Positions 35,345 to 49,514 of a DNA stretch of 64,000 nt are shown here, in pieces; positions within the stretch are counted from its first letter, which is position 1, and each line of letters begins with the position of its first letter. Source of the DNA: Veleropilina oligotropha (taxonomy: Eukaryota); assembly GCA_048128005.1 (NCBI GenBank), contig JBEUKZ010000117.1:124001-188000 (forward strand), given 5' to 3'. A model generated the notes under the pieces. It was not told the origin of the DNA. It saw only the letters and a list, made by a program, of their open reading frames with translations, and did no database searches. The translations under genes were made by a program, and so were the position numbers.

Positions 35345-36914
35345 TCGGGCTTTTATTCTCCTACCTGAATCTGGGGTCCCGGCAAGGTTTCAGCGACTCC
35401 CCCCTGAGTCGCGGAGGTTTCGCCGGTAGATCCGGCGACAGACGGTTTATGGTCGACTGTCGTCCAGCGTCCCTGAAGTAGACAAAACGTTAATTCCCTT
35501 TAACCTACCATTTTGTCCTTTCTCCGGGGGAGAACCCACCGTGGTAACCGCTCTGGTCGGCTTCACTGGTGGATAAGATCGCCCACTGCCTCTCTGTTAA
35601 AACTAGGCACAGTTCACATTTATAAACTTAATGCAGTTACGGTGAACACGGCATTCCGTGTGCGTATCAAATTCCGTGAATCTTCTTTGGTTACACCCGG
35701 AGCTACTGCACCGGACCACAGCTGATACACGGGACGGTGGTAGTGGGTGGAACGGGGTAGATAAAAAGGTATATGTTTGGTAGTTGTGACTTTTACTACG
35801 ACAACTCTTTAAATTGCCCTGATCTGAAGATGAAAGATCAGGCGATATACCGCAAAATAACCCCGAACTGGGAGCACCGAGGCCGGTTAATAAACCCGGC
35901 TAATTGACTAAACAAACTGGGGTTCTTTCTTAGAAAAAACCGCCCAGGAAAACACCTGAAAACCTCGTGGATGTTTTTAAGTTAGTACAATGGCGTATTA
36001 TCCCAGAAACGGCAGGATATCAGAATAACTAAAGTTGATATCTAAACAATCCTGCCTATTAACGACGCTAAAATTTTATACAATAATTACCAGCAATAAG
36101 CGTCGTTAAGGAATTATCCAATATAATGAGTTACCTGTTTGCAGTCTCAAACAATATCATATAAAAATACCGACCAGAAATTTCTTCTAACACACGAAAC
36201 TTCCCGTCTAAGCGGCCATGCTTTTCTCGGCAATGGCGGCGATGTCGGTTTCACTGATTTTCACAGAACTTCTCGAAGTTTTTTATCAGAATCTTCAATA
36301 TTCACTGTGTTTATTATCCACAACACAGGGTATATTCCCAACTTATAACTTATGATAATATAAGCTATATAGGCGTCTACGAATTAACGTATAAACCGTT
36401 AGACAATAGAAATATTTGAGGAGCAAAAAACACGTTTTTCCGTTACGGCGGAAAACTTTGAATTGAGGTCTTGTGATCTCGAGATCGGATATCTCGCGAG
36501 ACTTGGCGAGATCTCGCCGGGGGAACTTGGAGAGGGGGAGCAGGGGAGGTGATCGTGGTGTGTTTTGACTTAATAAGTGCATAAATGTGACTTTATTCAC
36601 TGTTTCCGGTTGGCGATAATATGACTATTATGGCAAGAGTAAGGACGTAAGTAGGTTTGTAACTACATACAGACGAACGATAAGCAACGTTACGGGCCAC
36701 TGTGGATCACCGCATACAATAAAAATGGCGCTGACAAAGTATTATAATATTTGAGCCATTTCGGTAGAGGTAAGATCGGTAACTAAGACCTTTCACACTA
36801 TCATTAGCTATAGTTGCGCAATACATCATTCTTTAACAATGAACAACGATTGTTTCCCTTAGTCTGTTTAACAAATTATATACTGTATATAGTGGGCATA
36901 GTCTTTATTATTAT

Positions 36915-39900
36915 TAGGGCTGGACAAATCTCAAAATTTTACACTAGCCCAGGGCTAGTTAGATTCCAATTTTCACTAGCCCTGCTCTATTTTATACTAG
37001 CCCGACTTTTATGACACAAAAAACGATTCAAATGAGTATATTATACAGAACAATAGCAATATATCAAATCAACAAAAACAATATAGTTAAACAAATAGCA
37101 AAAATATTAACTACTAGTATTTAAAATTGTTGTAGTAATATGTATCATATGGTTTTAAGTCGATTATCATTCAACAAGACAGTATTTCCATTGGAAAATA
37201 ACTATTAGCGCTGCAGTGAGGTAAATATATTAAACCAAGACGCATGATGATGTGCATGTACTATATGATGCTATTGCATTTAATGAGATTTTGGTAATTT
37301 TAAGGAATTTCCAAATAATTTCATCATTTCTTTTTAATTTGATTTATATTTATTGTCTGTATTGTATTTAAAATATATAGCAGAAAATTACAAATAATGT
37401 GCAAATGTTAACTTTTGTTTGTGCACACAGTCATCAAACACATTCAAAAGAATAATATATTATGTTAGAATTTTATAAATGAATTCACATTGTATATCAG
37501 CATTGATTAGTTTGAAATAACTTGTTCAATGTTGCAATATATAAAAATATATTAGTTTATGCACGTACACTATATAATAAATTCCCAATAATTGTACTAG
37601 TATTTCTTCAAATACTAGTATGCCAGTAATCCTTGTTTTGATTGGCACATGACGAAGCCTCTATTAAGCCTATCTAAACAATACTGCCAATAAAACACGC
37701 ATTACTTAATATAGGTCAATTGTAATGGGACCTGCATTTACCAACCCAAGCTGGATTTAATCCCTTCATTCAGAAAGTAATTATACCAGAAACAGCCCAA
37801 TACAATTCTTCTGTTAAATTAGAAGTGCTTTTGTTTATATTACAAGCGACATTTCCGCAAATGGTGCATAATTTGAGGGACTATTTGAAATCTATCAATG
37901 AATGTGAAAGTAGTTCCGAAATTACTACACAAAAGCACATGGAGTTTTTGCATGTCAAAACAAAAGATACTGTCAAACATTCGTCGAGTTCAACAAAGGA
38001 ACACTTTGAGTGTTGTTTCTGGACCTTTAAGTCAATGAAAGTGGATTACCAAGGAAAGTAAAGACAAGGAGCTTGATGTATGTTAATAAATTAATATTTA
38101 TCATTTGAAAGTTTATTGGTTCATGTTTACCGACGATGTTAACATTGACTTTATGTGAGATTCTGACGAGTACTGAGTAGTGTGGCGGACCGAGCGGCGT
38201 CCCCAAGGACCAACCAAACTGCTGACACTAAACAGTCAATGAACTCCACCAACACTGGCGGACCGAACGGTGAAACACAAACAAGTGACAAGGGTTGCCA
38301 CTAACTTTCGCGAATCGAGCGGTCAACAAACAAACCAACGGACCACCGTAGCCTCAAGCAGTACCATAGTCAAGTCAAACTCAACCAACACGCGATTACG
38401 CAATCACGCGCACATTGTAGTCTCCCGTGATCGACAACTCGACAGATGGAACAGTAGCGGGACTCAATTGTCGATCACGTAGACCACGTCAAGGCAAACT
38501 GGTTTCACCAGAGTCACATAGCACCAACCGATGGCACGTCCCTTCGAATAGCGATGGTAAACGTTTACACAATGACCTGGAAAGAGGAGCCGATGCATCA
38601 TAGAAAAATGTATATATTTAACTGCCACCACCATAATGCATAAACACGCTCAGTCCAGATCAAACATGAAAACGACGCAACGCAGGTCCCTACGAAAATA
38701 TAGCGCGAGTTTAAAACGGCCGTCTCAATCGTGACAGACAATACCAGAGAAAAACTCAACCCAATTATGAAGGAAATCGTGTAGTTGAGTTCTCTGTTCG
38801 AATGAAAACAACATGTAATAAAAACTAATATATTTATTTATTAACCATTACTATAATAACAGACATAAGACATTATCCCACAGCTATACATCGATATGCG
38901 TTACCGGCTATTTCTTGATTGTTCATATTACAATAAAAACGGATTTAATAAAGGTGAAACTGACATGGTAAAGTTTGTAAACACTTTGACCTGAAATCGA
39001 TTAGCGAGTCAACTTTCGAATAATCTTAATAAATAACACGGGGAGAAAAATGTAGTTACCGGTATTACTCGACATAAAATAATTAAACAAATACGACTCC
39101 GGCATAAAAGTGAGGTTATATCTCCACAACAGTCGGCAGTATATAAATGCCGTAAATCTTGCATCATAATCTTCAACCACGACAAGTACCTGCAGCAAAA
39201 CTACCCGTCAGCGGATTCACTACAAGACACCAACGTTGTCCAACAACGACCGTTCTACTTCCGGTCCTATAGGTTGTTAGAACCAACCACAAAAGGGAAA
39301 AGCTGATATTGAAAATCTCGCGTATTTAGCATCGAAATGGTACAGCGACTCCTCAGAATATAGCGTTCATGTCCTAAAACGCACCGTGATCACAAGATCC
39401 TTTAAAATATAACCAGAGCCGTCATATCATAAATATTAAATAATACATCCCCGCGTGATGAATACAAACAGAAATGAGCAAAAGGCACTCATGAATTAAC
39501 TATCGTGTACAATTAAATTAACTCATCGCAAGAAAGTAAATAGCGTTACCAATAAAACTGAAACAAGTTATCTCGCTAAACGAAAATGTTGTCACAAGGC
39601 GTTAAAGATAAAGTATCAGTGAACCATTTCAATAATGTACAACATTAACATAATTTATACTAACATAATTTATCGCGAATGCACAGGAAATACAATCTTC
39701 TCGCAGAGATCAAACTTCAACCTTGAACGAGTACGATGAGAGTACTTCAATAATGTTCTTAATAGCTGGTAATAGCACTTCACGACCGGCACCAACCATC
39801 ATTCAGCATAAGGTCCACGCGGAGGTTCCGTAACTTTCTCAGGATAATTCACATCACGAAACAAGGTACCATATAATATTATTATGATATTTCCAAACGA

Positions 39901-40643
39901 CATTTTAAACTAATGCTAGCGATTAAATACGTTAGATATTAAATTCAAGAGAATGTTAGTAATTAAAAGTCACGTTTATAAAGATTCGTTTGCCAACTAG
40001 TGAAACGTTAACTTACATAATCGAAATATACGGCGGATAGGAACAGAAATACAACACAAGACGTTACATCGGATTCACTCAACTTACATGGCCAACAAAC
40101 ATACGACGAGACAAAAGCCCTCCCTTGCGAGGCGTCGGACAGGAGCAACACAGGTGTCGAGCCACAAGGAAAGAGAGAGATTTCACTTCCAGCATAGTGT
40201 TATATAGAGAATAATTTTGCATAACAAAAGGCAAACGTTGTTTGCGGAACCGCACGATTTCACCGTTTAATATCAGGTGACTACAATGTCAACTTCATGT
40301 AACCGATTCACAATTCACAACAGTGTACGGAAGGCGCTTAAGGCAATACAAATACATACATATATTTAAGGGTGTCGAAACATAAAATCGCGACAGTAGG
40401 CCATATAATAATCTGTAATTCCCGTAGTTGGTCATTACATTTGTGATTCATATTTCGTCAGTAATTTACTCCCGCTAAGGTATCACATCTATGATTATTA
40501 CTGCAATTGCAATATATTATTTATTTTTTGCTGCAAACAAACATACTAGTCCGCGGGCTATCTCGATATATAAATACGCTAGCCCGACTCCATAATTTGC
40601 GTTTTTTACTAGTCCCGGGCGTCGGGCTAGTGGATTTGCCGAG
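36915..40643. mobile_element. hAT-like non-autonomous element
   Basis: Left end TAGGGCTGGACAAATC with repeated ACTAGCCC subterminal motifs; right end ...gggctagtggatttgccgag, with the last bases missing. Confidence 0.6.
38181..40395. mobile_element. Probable solo LTR (2215 bp)
   Basis: TGTGGCG...CGCGACA termini with 4-bp TSD GTAG (38177-38180, 40396-40399); no coding capacity. Confidence 0.7.
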
Positions 40644-41705
40644 ACTATGCCCACTTTATGCAATTGTGTGCGATTTTTATACAATAAGGGGGGGTATTTC
40701 ACCCCCCAATATTTTACTGATGCTCATAGACAGAAGGCTTAAAGTATATATCTGAGTTCATAGCTTTTATCACACGTACAATATCCTTGAGATATCTGCA
40801 TCTACCGACAGTCACCATTATAGAGAGTATAATTATTATACAGCTGACTGAGCATGCGGCTATTACATGCCTTCACCTTTTATGAAGTGATGAAATGATT
40901 CATAAAAATGGTTAAGAAATATCACATTTACATCATCAGAATACAGGAGAGGGTGTTTCGCATGGTTTTTTGCCCCAAAATTATTCCCCTGGGGAACAAG
41001 GTCCATGACGCGGGCCATTGATAGTATATTTCGACCCCGTAAGGCCCTTCAAAGTCCTGTTGACCATCACGTCAGTCCCCCTCAATGTTATAGTTCCTGG
41101 TCATATATACAGCTGCATATTATATTTCAAAAACGTCTTTGGGCTATCTTTCAATTTGAAAACTTTTACAGAGTGGTGAAAATTATTCCAAGATGTTGGT
41201 AAGAAATAGCACCTTAGCGATCTCAGAATACAGTCAAAATTTGCTTCCGCGTGGGGCCCACGCGGACCATTGATGTAGGACTTAAAAGTACCTGTATTTA
41301 AAATTAGGTATGTAAAGTGCCCTTTATCATGTTGCATAAATACGTCTATATTCATCCCCGAAAATGCAGGACACAGTTTCACACAGTTTCACACAGTTTC
41401 CTGCTGCGCGGACAATTATTAATATTGTAACAGTTGAACCCCCTTTCAAACTTCAGAACCCCCCCCCCTCCCTTGGGGGTGGTTCATGAAAAAAAGACAC
41501 ACGGTCTGGGGGTGGGTCACCATTTTTTGACACGCTCAGTAGACCATTTCCACCGTCCCATCACCCCCTATAATAAATGACCAGTCCCTTACTCTCTATT
41601 AAACTGCTCGATTTCCATTGGTTGTTTATCCGTTGAGAATCCACGGTGTGCACGGGATTAGTCGGTGTACAACTGAAAACAATGGCGGCATTGTACACCG
41701 TGTGA

Positions 41706-41776
41706 TTTTTATGTCTTGATCTTTTTGTAAAAAAGGATGACATTATCTTTATGGTCCGTGTGTATATACTTATATA

Positions 41777-41856
<80 letters not shown>

Positions 41857-42477
41857 GATTTATTTGAAAACTACCTGCTCAATTTTCACCAAAATTGGTA
41901 CACACATTCCCAAGAGTATTTGTTGGTCGTGTATATAACTTTCGCGACACAATTTTGCAAAAATATGCATTTATTGAGCACTTTTACCCATATTTGGATA
42001 TAACGGATGTCTAATATTGCAAGCAAATGGCAATGACGTCATTACGACGTCGCTTTAGATTAATCGTCATTTGGTGACGTCACAATCGACCTGGTAGTAA
42101 ATTAAGCCATGAAGTACTTGCACTTAGCCATTGTATTAACTGTTATGAAAATTTGAGGGAAATAAAGAGGAGGAGGAATTATGCTTAATGTCCTGTATAT
42201 TTATAACATCGAGGTTCAAGGCAGGACATGTCCGTGTTAACGCGGGAGGAAACCCCGGTTGCCGGGTAAACCCGCCCTCTTCGGCCAGTCACGGACAACT
42301 GTGCTTCATAACTTGAACAAATGTGTGCTGCCTCAGCCGGGGGTCGATCCCACTACTGTTCGCGTCAGCGGAAACAAGCCAGTGAAGTTAGAGTGGACAC
42401 TCTACCCACTGCGCTACCGAAGCGGCCTGGGGAAATAAAGAAAGGTCAAGACATATTTCGAACGCGTCGTTCTTGTT
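41706..42477 (+). mobile_element. Helentron-associated (HINE/DINE-like) element, copy A
   Basis: 5' subTIR tatgtcttga, (TA)n tract at about 41780-41850, 3' subTIR tcaagacata plus a short hairpin, TT termini. A paralog lies at about 55715-56792. Confidence 0.6.
42169..42427 (-). mobile_element. tRNA-derived SINE
   Basis: - strand GGCCGCTTCGGTAGCGCAGTGG (A box) ... GGATCGACCCC (B box), GGTTTCCTCCC core, (CCT)n tail; TSD gggaaataaaga at 42157-42168 and 42430-42441. Confidence 0.85.
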
Positions 42478-43009
42478 AAGCTTATCTCAATGACGTCTTC
42501 GGTCGATTGCATGATATAGGGAAGATAACCATGCCCGACTAAGATTAAGATTTGTCGTCTGCGTATGTTTACAAATGACATCTAATCGATTTGACAATAA
42601 CACACAAGAAGATATAACCAAGAAGAAGGAAATCATTATTCCGAGGAATACAAAGAAATCCAACACATGTGCAGCAGTTTGATTTAGAGAATATGTATAG
42701 GAAAATAAATTGCACACGGATTGCGAAAAGTTCGATAAAGTAGGCCTACGTAAGGATAGCGGATACATACTGGGACACTTTTACGTCGATTTAAGGACAA
42801 AGTAAGGGGGCTATATAAGACGGCAACATTAGAGGGGGATAAGACATGGAATTAATAGATATTAAAAGTTTAATTATTGTAAATAGTGTTTATTTATTCC
42901 CAAATGCAAGTGTGTAAACAACGTGACGTCACATGTTTGCAATATGTCGTGACGGAAAATAGAGACGGGTCGGTTCATATTAAATACTGCCAATATTCAG
43001 ACCATTTAT

Positions 43010-45110
43010 TTCATTTGAAAGTAAGATAAAATCGTTGTCTTCAGATCACTCGGTGATTGTATTCCTTCCTGAAGTTGTACCCCTAAGCGCTTCGGGGTAC
43101 AACGTCAGGCGGAATACAATCACCGATGTTCCCCTCGTGATCGGAAAACAACTTATAATATGAGCATGTATTATGGTATAGGAAAGAGAAACCAGTCGTA
43201 GAATATTGTTTTCATGTCGATATAACTCCATAATCGTATCGATATGACTCGCGTCCATTATTACGTTGCAGCTTCGGGGTTACCCGGTACAACGTCAGGC
43301 GGAATACAATCACCGATGTCCCCCTCGTGATCAGAAAACAACTTATAATATGAGTATTTATCTTACTTTAGCTCTTAATACTGCAATCTGATTGGTTAAC
43401 GTTCCTTCGACAATTACCTATTCCCCACCCAGGCGGGGTATATGAATTATTTATACCTTACGTAGTTGTGTGTACTATTGTGATTTGGAGCGCCCTCGAA
43501 GACAAGGGAGATAATTGTGAACATGTCGACTGCCAAAACATCAATGCAAATGTTAAGTCTTGGAATCGTCCATCGTTTCGAAAATTTTGCATCAATTTCA
43601 TTTGATAGTCGTAACGGTTTACACTTTTGACATTTTCATGTAAAATGAATATCCAATTATCCTTATTTGGGTGTTTACTTCGACTTCCTATTATTCTCCT
43701 GCGCAGAGACGTCATTTCTTTATCGTACTGTAAGGAGTATTCTTAATTTCTCTGCCTGGAGAGTGACGGTTGCTAGGCATTATTATTTCATTCTAATGGG
43801 CGCGTCAGAATATCTTCAATATTTTATATACTGTAATGTATATTGTTATGGATGTATTTGCCACAAACATACTTTGTGTATATTTCAATAATCATGCCAA
43901 TTATGCTAAAATATCACAGTTATAACGGAAGGAATATTTTGTATATTGAACACGAGTTTTACACATGATCTTCGTCAGAGCTGAAAACATTCTTTTAGGA
44001 ACGCGTTTGTTTCGTAACAACAATAGCCTATATAAAATGGATTATTTCACGGAGTTACGAAGTTGGAAAAGAAACTTGTTCAAAAGACTTGATTTTATTA
44101 TATTGAAGTAAGATAAATTCGTTGTCGGCAGAGCCCTCGTGAAATATGTGTCTATGTACCGTTTGTGAGAATTTATTAACCTCGACAGGTACATAGACCC
44201 ATATTCCCCTCGAGCAATGCGGACAACTTATAGTATTATGGCATAGGAAAGAGCAACCAGTCGTAGACTATTGTTTTCATTTCTATATAACTCCATAATC
44301 GTATCGATATGAATCGCGTGCATTATTACGTTGCAGCTTCGGGGTACAACGTCAGGCGAAATACAATCACCGATGTTCCCCTCGTGATCGGAAAACAACT
44401 TATAATATTATAACTTACATAGTTTGTTAGTGACCGAATACGGATTTTACCGGGGTCAGTGGAAATTTCATATTGGGCGAGGCGATAGCCGAGCCCAATA
44501 TGAAATTTCAACTGACCCCGGTAAAATCCGTATTCGGTCACTAACAAACTATGTAAGGTATTTATCCTGTCGACGACCTGCAAATATATTATTACGTAAT
44601 ATTTTGAGAAACGCAAATAAATAAATACATTGTTACCGTCATCACAAATCTTTATCCTGTCGCATTCCCGCTAAATCCTCGTCAATCGTAAACAACACGT
44701 CACGGCGTTATTGACGAGCATCTCTCTGCAGTCGACATTAATGAACTGTTTGACGACTTTTCACCACAGCAACTTAATATCTTTCAGACGAATAATCAGC
44801 GACAACTTCCAATGTTTTACGGGTGTAAAATCGACAACATCAACATTACAATAAACAAGAAATAAAATGTCCTTGAGTGACCTCGTTTTCCCTCAATCGG
44901 TACTCGTTGACGTGATACGAAGCGGAAGAACTAGATATGGTTATTTTACATGGTCAGCACGTGACGTGATGTAACCAATGAATGGTCTAGAATGTTGTCG
45001 GAGGCAGGATAAGAGCATGTATTATGGTATAGGAAAGAGCAACCAGTCGTAGAATATTGTTTTCATGTCGATATAACTACATAATCGTATCGATATGACT
45101 CACGTGCATT
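43010..45110. mobile_element. Cluster of nested Crypton-like non-autonomous elements
   Basis: Repeated aagtaagataaa..cgttgtc / ttcccctcg..acaacttata(a/g)ta modules with terminal hairpins; the same gagcatgtattatggtatagg flank recurs about three times. Confidence 0.55.
44414..44557. repeat. Near-perfect 144-bp hairpin
   Basis: cttacatagtttgttagtgaccgaatacggattttaccggggtcagt.gaaatttcatattgggc - gaggcgatagccga - inverted arm; second copy at 58742-58885. Confidence 0.95.
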
Positions 45111-45425
45111 ATTGCGTTGCAGTTCGCCGGATTGGGGCGATTACAGGTACAGGTAACTTTTACATTTTGCAAAATTTCGTCCAAAGCGTTTTGTCATGTA
45201 TCGTCAACTTTCAATCCAGCGTCGATAAAATTCATTGGGTCAGAGAGGTGTCCTGTATCGCAAAACATACCCCTACTGTGCCAGGAGTAGCAGTGCGCGT
45301 GCCCTGGATAATATATCGCACTGACAATAGCTGCGTCAGTGACAATAGCTGCGTCAAAATGCCTTGATGGTATTTCAATATCTACTTTTGTGTTCATGTA
45401 GTTTTATCTGCAGTAGCATATTTAC

Positions 45426-48400
45426 TAACAAGAACGACGCGTTCGAAATATGTCTTGACATTTCTTTGTTTCGGTCAAATTTGCAGAACAGTTATAACGT
45501 TACAATGGCGAAGTGTATGTACAGTAGTTTACCACCCCGTCGATAGGGACGTCACTCATGATCAATGACGATTAATTGAAAGCGGCATCGAAATGACGTC
45601 ATTGCTATTTACTAGATATTTGACATACGTTATATAACATATAAGTAAGATCTAAGCCATTGTGTTGTATATGAACTTAAATACGATGAATGGAACGAAC
45701 TGACAATTTTCAAAATACAGCATAGCAACCAAATCAACATGAATTTCAAACCAAAGAGTAAACAAGAAATCGTTAAAATCAACAATCTGAATATTGGAAC
45801 TTTAAACACACAAGGACTAAATGACAAATATAAACAACAATGTATCAAAGAAGACTTAGAAAGATACCATTTAAATATTATAGCTGTTCAGGAAACAAAA
45901 CTGAAAACAACATGCCTAGAAACTATCACGACCTGCAAAGGCAGACATTTCGATATTTTCTACTCAAATGAAGGAAACAAACACCATGGAACAGCCTTAT
46001 ACATTGCAAGTGCGCTATCACCCGAATTCATGCCAATATCCAATCGCTTATGTAAGGCAACAATACATTTAAAAAACAGCAAGTTAATCATTATATCAGC
46101 CTATGCCCCGACTGAAGCAAAGAATAAAACAAATCCTAAAGAATCGGAAGATTTTTATGATGAACTCGAACAATTAATAAACAGTGTCAGTAACAGAGAC
46201 TTACTAGTTATTGCCGGAGATTTTAATGCCCAAGTGGGAAAGAAATCAGAGAATTTTGAAAACGTAATTGGAAACTATGCAAAAGGAGCGAAAATGAGTG
46301 AAAATGGAAAAAATCTAGCTGATTTGTGCCAGAGACACGTCTAATTCTACTTAATACATATTTCAAACATAAGATGGCCCATCGCACAACATGGACATCA
46401 CCTAAAACACCAACAGATACAAGAAAAAACAAATATAGAAATCAGATAGACTACATAATGATCAGAAGAAAACATCTAAATCAAGCCAATGATGCAAGAA
46501 GTTTTGGAGAAATAAAAACCAATACAGATCACAAACTGTTAAAAGCAAATTTTAATATAAAGTGGCACAAAATCAAACACAGCAGACATGAAAAAAGACC
46601 AGATCACAAACAACTCCGAGAAAAGAATGTTAGAGAAGCTTGCGAAACCAAACTAAAAGACATACTAGAAAGAAATGATGAGAAAAACGAAACGCAACAA
46701 GAAACCTGGAGCATGTCACCAAGCAGCTATGGAAACTATACCAAAAACAAACAAAAACGGAAAAATAAACAATGATGAGATCAAAGCACTATCGGTAAAG
46801 CAACATAAACTACGACTAGATACTGAAACAACAAAAAACAAGGAAAAACAAAGAAATATGATAGAAGAAAGAAAAAAGATCCAAAAAGAAATTCGAACAA
46901 TAATTAGAAGAAAGGAAAATGAAAGAATTGGAAAGCAACTATAAGAAGTTGAAAAAGGAAGTAATGATTCTAAAAAAATGTTTCAGGCAATAAAAGATTT
47001 ACAAAAACTAGAACCAAATAAGAAACTCCTCATAGATGGAAAAGATGGCCTAACAGCTAATCCTAAAGAACAAGTACCTATTATCACATCATATTTTAAA
47101 GAACAATTCCATAAGAATGCTGAGAAAATCCAAAACATAATTCCTGTCGAAATGAAATCTCCGTTCACTACTGAAGAAGTAAAGAAAGCAATAAAGAAAA
47201 TAAAATACAACAAAAGTCCCGGCATCGATGATATAAGAGCAGAACATTTAAAAAATGCCCCTGTACAAGTTTTCGATGAAATAAAAAACATTCTAAATGA
47301 AACGGAAAAAACAGGATAATATCCCGAAGAAATGAAGATTGGAATTCTTACACCACATCAGAAACCAGGAAAAAAACAAGGCCCGCCATAAAATTTAAGA
47401 CCTATAATTCTTCTCTCTCTATTGCGAAAAATCCTAGCAATTATAATGATAGAACGTATAACTGAGCGGTGTCTACAAAATATTCCAAAATCTCAAGCAG
47501 CCTACCAGACAGGCCGTAGCACCACTGAACACGTATTTGCTGTTAAAATACTTGCAGAACAGGCAATATCATCAGCCGATTACAAAATCCATATTCTCAT
47601 GCTAGATATGAGCAAAGCTTTCGATACTGTTAATAGAGTAAAATTATTCGATCAACTCCAAAGCTTCCTGGAGGAAGATGAAATCCACATGCTGAAAATA
47701 CTCCCAGAAGATGTTATCCTGAAGGTAAAAATTGAAAATGAAATAGGAGAAAACATTACTACAGATACAGGTGTTCCCCAAGGTGACTGTCTGTCAGCTT
47801 TACTTTTTATAATATACCTAGCAAATGCTCTTAAAAAACCAAGAACAGAAGTTGACCAGGAACGCAATTGCAGTAAACCAAGACAAGAAATCGCAACAAC
47901 GGCAAATTCTTCAATAGAAATAGATCACAACTATAATCTACAACATCAAACAACTGAAAAAGAAAAAGAACTATACCTAAACACTGACCTTCAATATGCT
48001 GATGACATGGTCCATATAACAAATGATAAAGCAAAACATGAACAGCAAAAACAAGATCTACCATTACAACTGAATAAGTACGATCTGAAAATAAATGAAG
48101 CAAAAACATAAGAATATGGCATATCCAAAGATGAACACGACTGGAAAAAATGTAAATTACTTGGCACTTTGATCGACACAAACGAAGACATCAAACGAAG
48201 AAACATGCTTGCAATCAATGCCCATAAAAAGAAAGAAAAAATATACAAATCCAGCAAACTGTATTTAAAAACAAAAATTCGATGCTTCAATGCATATACT
48301 GCATCAATCTTCTTGTATAATAGAGAACTCTGGACACTAACAGCATCCCTACAAAAGAAGATTGATGCAATACAAGGCAAATTCTTAAGGAACATTATAA

Positions 48401-49011
48401 ACAAAAAATGGCCAAATAAAATAACAAATGATGATCTCTACAAAGTAACCCAAGAAACAAAATGGTCCAAGAAAATTCAAATCAGAAGAGTCAAATGGTA
48501 TGGACATGTGCAACGGTTGAACGATGAAACACCAGCGAAGCAAATACTTGAATATATATCATTAAATGAGAAAAATATAAAAAAGCCACAAGGAGGCCAA
48601 AAAACAACTTGGATGAAAAACATAAAAAAAGATCTAAATATTATAAAAAGACACCCAGATGAAAATATGCGTGAAATAGCGAAAGATAAGAGAGCTTGGA
48701 GAGATAGATGTGATATTCTACGCTGATTTCGAAAGGGAAGGAAAAGCGTGCATGATGATGATGATGATATAGCATATATGCATAAAAGTGCCCAAGAAAT
48801 GCATATTTTTGCAATAATGTGTCGCGAAAGTCATATACACGACCTACAAATACTCTTGGGAATGTGTGTACCAACTTTGGTGAAAATTGAGCTGGTAGTT
48901 TTCAAATAAATCGACGGATATATATATATATATATATAAGTATATATGTATATACACACGGACCATTTGATAATGTCTTGTCCTTTTTTACAAAAAGGTC
49001 ACGACATAAAA
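45426..49011 (-). mobile_element. Helentron-associated element, copy B, split by an RTE LINE
   Basis: Reverse complement of copy A on both sides of the LINE (aacaagaacgacgcgttcgaaatatgtcttgac at 45425; ...aaaggtcacgacataaaaa at 49011). Confidence 0.6.
45644..48766 (+). mobile_element. Near full-length RTE-clade LINE (APE endonuclease + RT), pseudogenised, copy 1
   Basis: IGTLN, AVQET, SAYAPT, AGDFNA, QIDYI, TDH; KSPGID, LDMSKAFD, GVPQGDCLS, QYADD; (GAT)n tail; 12-bp TSD atata(a/g)catata at 45632-45643 and 48767-48778. Confidence 0.92.
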
Positions 49012-49514
49012 ACGAACGAAGCGTAAAGTATTTGGGAAACGATCACTTTATCGCATTAATTCAATTACATTATGTTTTTATGCATTTATAATTTATTACT
49101 GCATACTAGCAGAATATTACAATTACATCTATCTCCATTTAACACTGTATTATTATTTAGAAATTAAATCATTCATATATATTACATCAGATTTTGACTG
49201 AAACACTTAAATTCACCCAATTACCATCGACTTTGGTCATGTCTCCTGTGATTGACTGTACTTGGGCTGATTTTGGTGCGTTCGAATTTGACCTTCGGCT
49301 GTTTGTATTTTATCCACATTTTAAACGTATAATTACGTTTTAGTCCCCCAAGAACGCGAAAATAATCATAAGCAACGCAATGATTGATTGATTGATTGAC
49401 GGCTAGAGCGCTGGCTCATATTTGTTTCACATGGTCACTGATTCAATCCCCGTTATCTACGAAATCAAACGAGTAGGTGATTAATCCACAATACCCCATT
49501 TGTAGTTTTATTTC

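Larger units (their letters stand above)
32465..36668 (-). mobile_element. DIRS-type tyrosine-recombinase retrotransposon, internally deleted (non-autonomous)
   Basis: Inverted terminal repeats (about 32498-32702 vs 36454-36658) with non-identical outer extensions, and an internal complementary region (32765-32854) joining both ends. No TSD; the flanks restore ggaa|acagacg of a local ~64-bp tandem repeat. Confidence 0.9.

Noticed and set aside
41737..42003. YIYIYI-rich ORF
   Set aside because: Translation of a (TA)n microsatellite.
42340..42427. tRNA gene
   Set aside because: A and B boxes are present but belong to a SINE head with body, tail and TSD; no convincing cloverleaf.
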